64,000 bases of DNA, from sequence record MT446422.1. One strand, given 5' to 3'. Under the pieces are notes generated by a model that saw only the letters and a list, made by a program, of their open reading frames with translations, did not search any database and was not told the DNA's origin. Of this stretch, positions 63,949-64,000 are shown piece by piece; positions within the stretch are counted from its first letter, which is position 1; each line of letters starts with the position of its first letter. This stretch comes from Escherichia virus TH57. The position numbers and the translations under genes are program-made.

Positions 63949-64000
63949 AGTATAATTAATACGTAATCAAAACAACTGCTAAAAATCAAATAATCTAAGG

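Noticed and set aside
1-64000. tRNA genes, CRISPR arrays, inteins, homing endonucleases (GIY-YIG/HNH), integrase or transposase
   Set aside because: No cloverleaf-sized non-coding gaps, no regular repeat-spacer arrays, core enzymes are of normal length, and no ORF shows nuclease motifs of homing endonucleases or recombinase signatures

Overview
This window is a contiguous 64-kb segment of a T4-like (Tevenvirinae-type) myovirus genome, read in the opposite orientation to the T4 map convention. The plus strand carries the early and middle genes in T4 synteny: 49 (endonuclease VII), nrdD, nrdG, 55, 47, 46, 45, 44, 62, regA, 43, imm, uvsX, 40, 41, 61, 56-like, soc, two Mod-type ADP-ribosyltransferases, dda, dexA, the topoisomerase large subunit (39 and 60 fused), rIIA, rIIB, ndd, stp, ac, 52, motA, asiA, then rnh, dsbA, 33 and 59. 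The minus strand carries the late block: holin t, 38, 37, 36, 35 and 34. Between the conserved genes are clusters of small ORFs of unknown function, flanked by a repeated early-promoter/stem-loop cassette (GTGTACA, about 17 nt, TATAAT, then a conserved leader). No tRNA genes, CRISPR arrays, introns, inteins or homing endonucleases were seen. The main points of interest are: a late-promoter-driven small ORF with a T4 capsid-targeting-sequence-like N-terminus (candidate injected internal protein); absence of gene 42 and the glucosyltransferases from their canonical loci while a gp56-like pyrophosphatase is kept; an accessory module of small ORFs between 41 and 61; a near-perfect 40-bp tandem duplication at the dexA start; and an apparent frameshift in gene 59. 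Identifications rest on my recall of T4 proteins and on motifs read from the ORF track; no database search was run.
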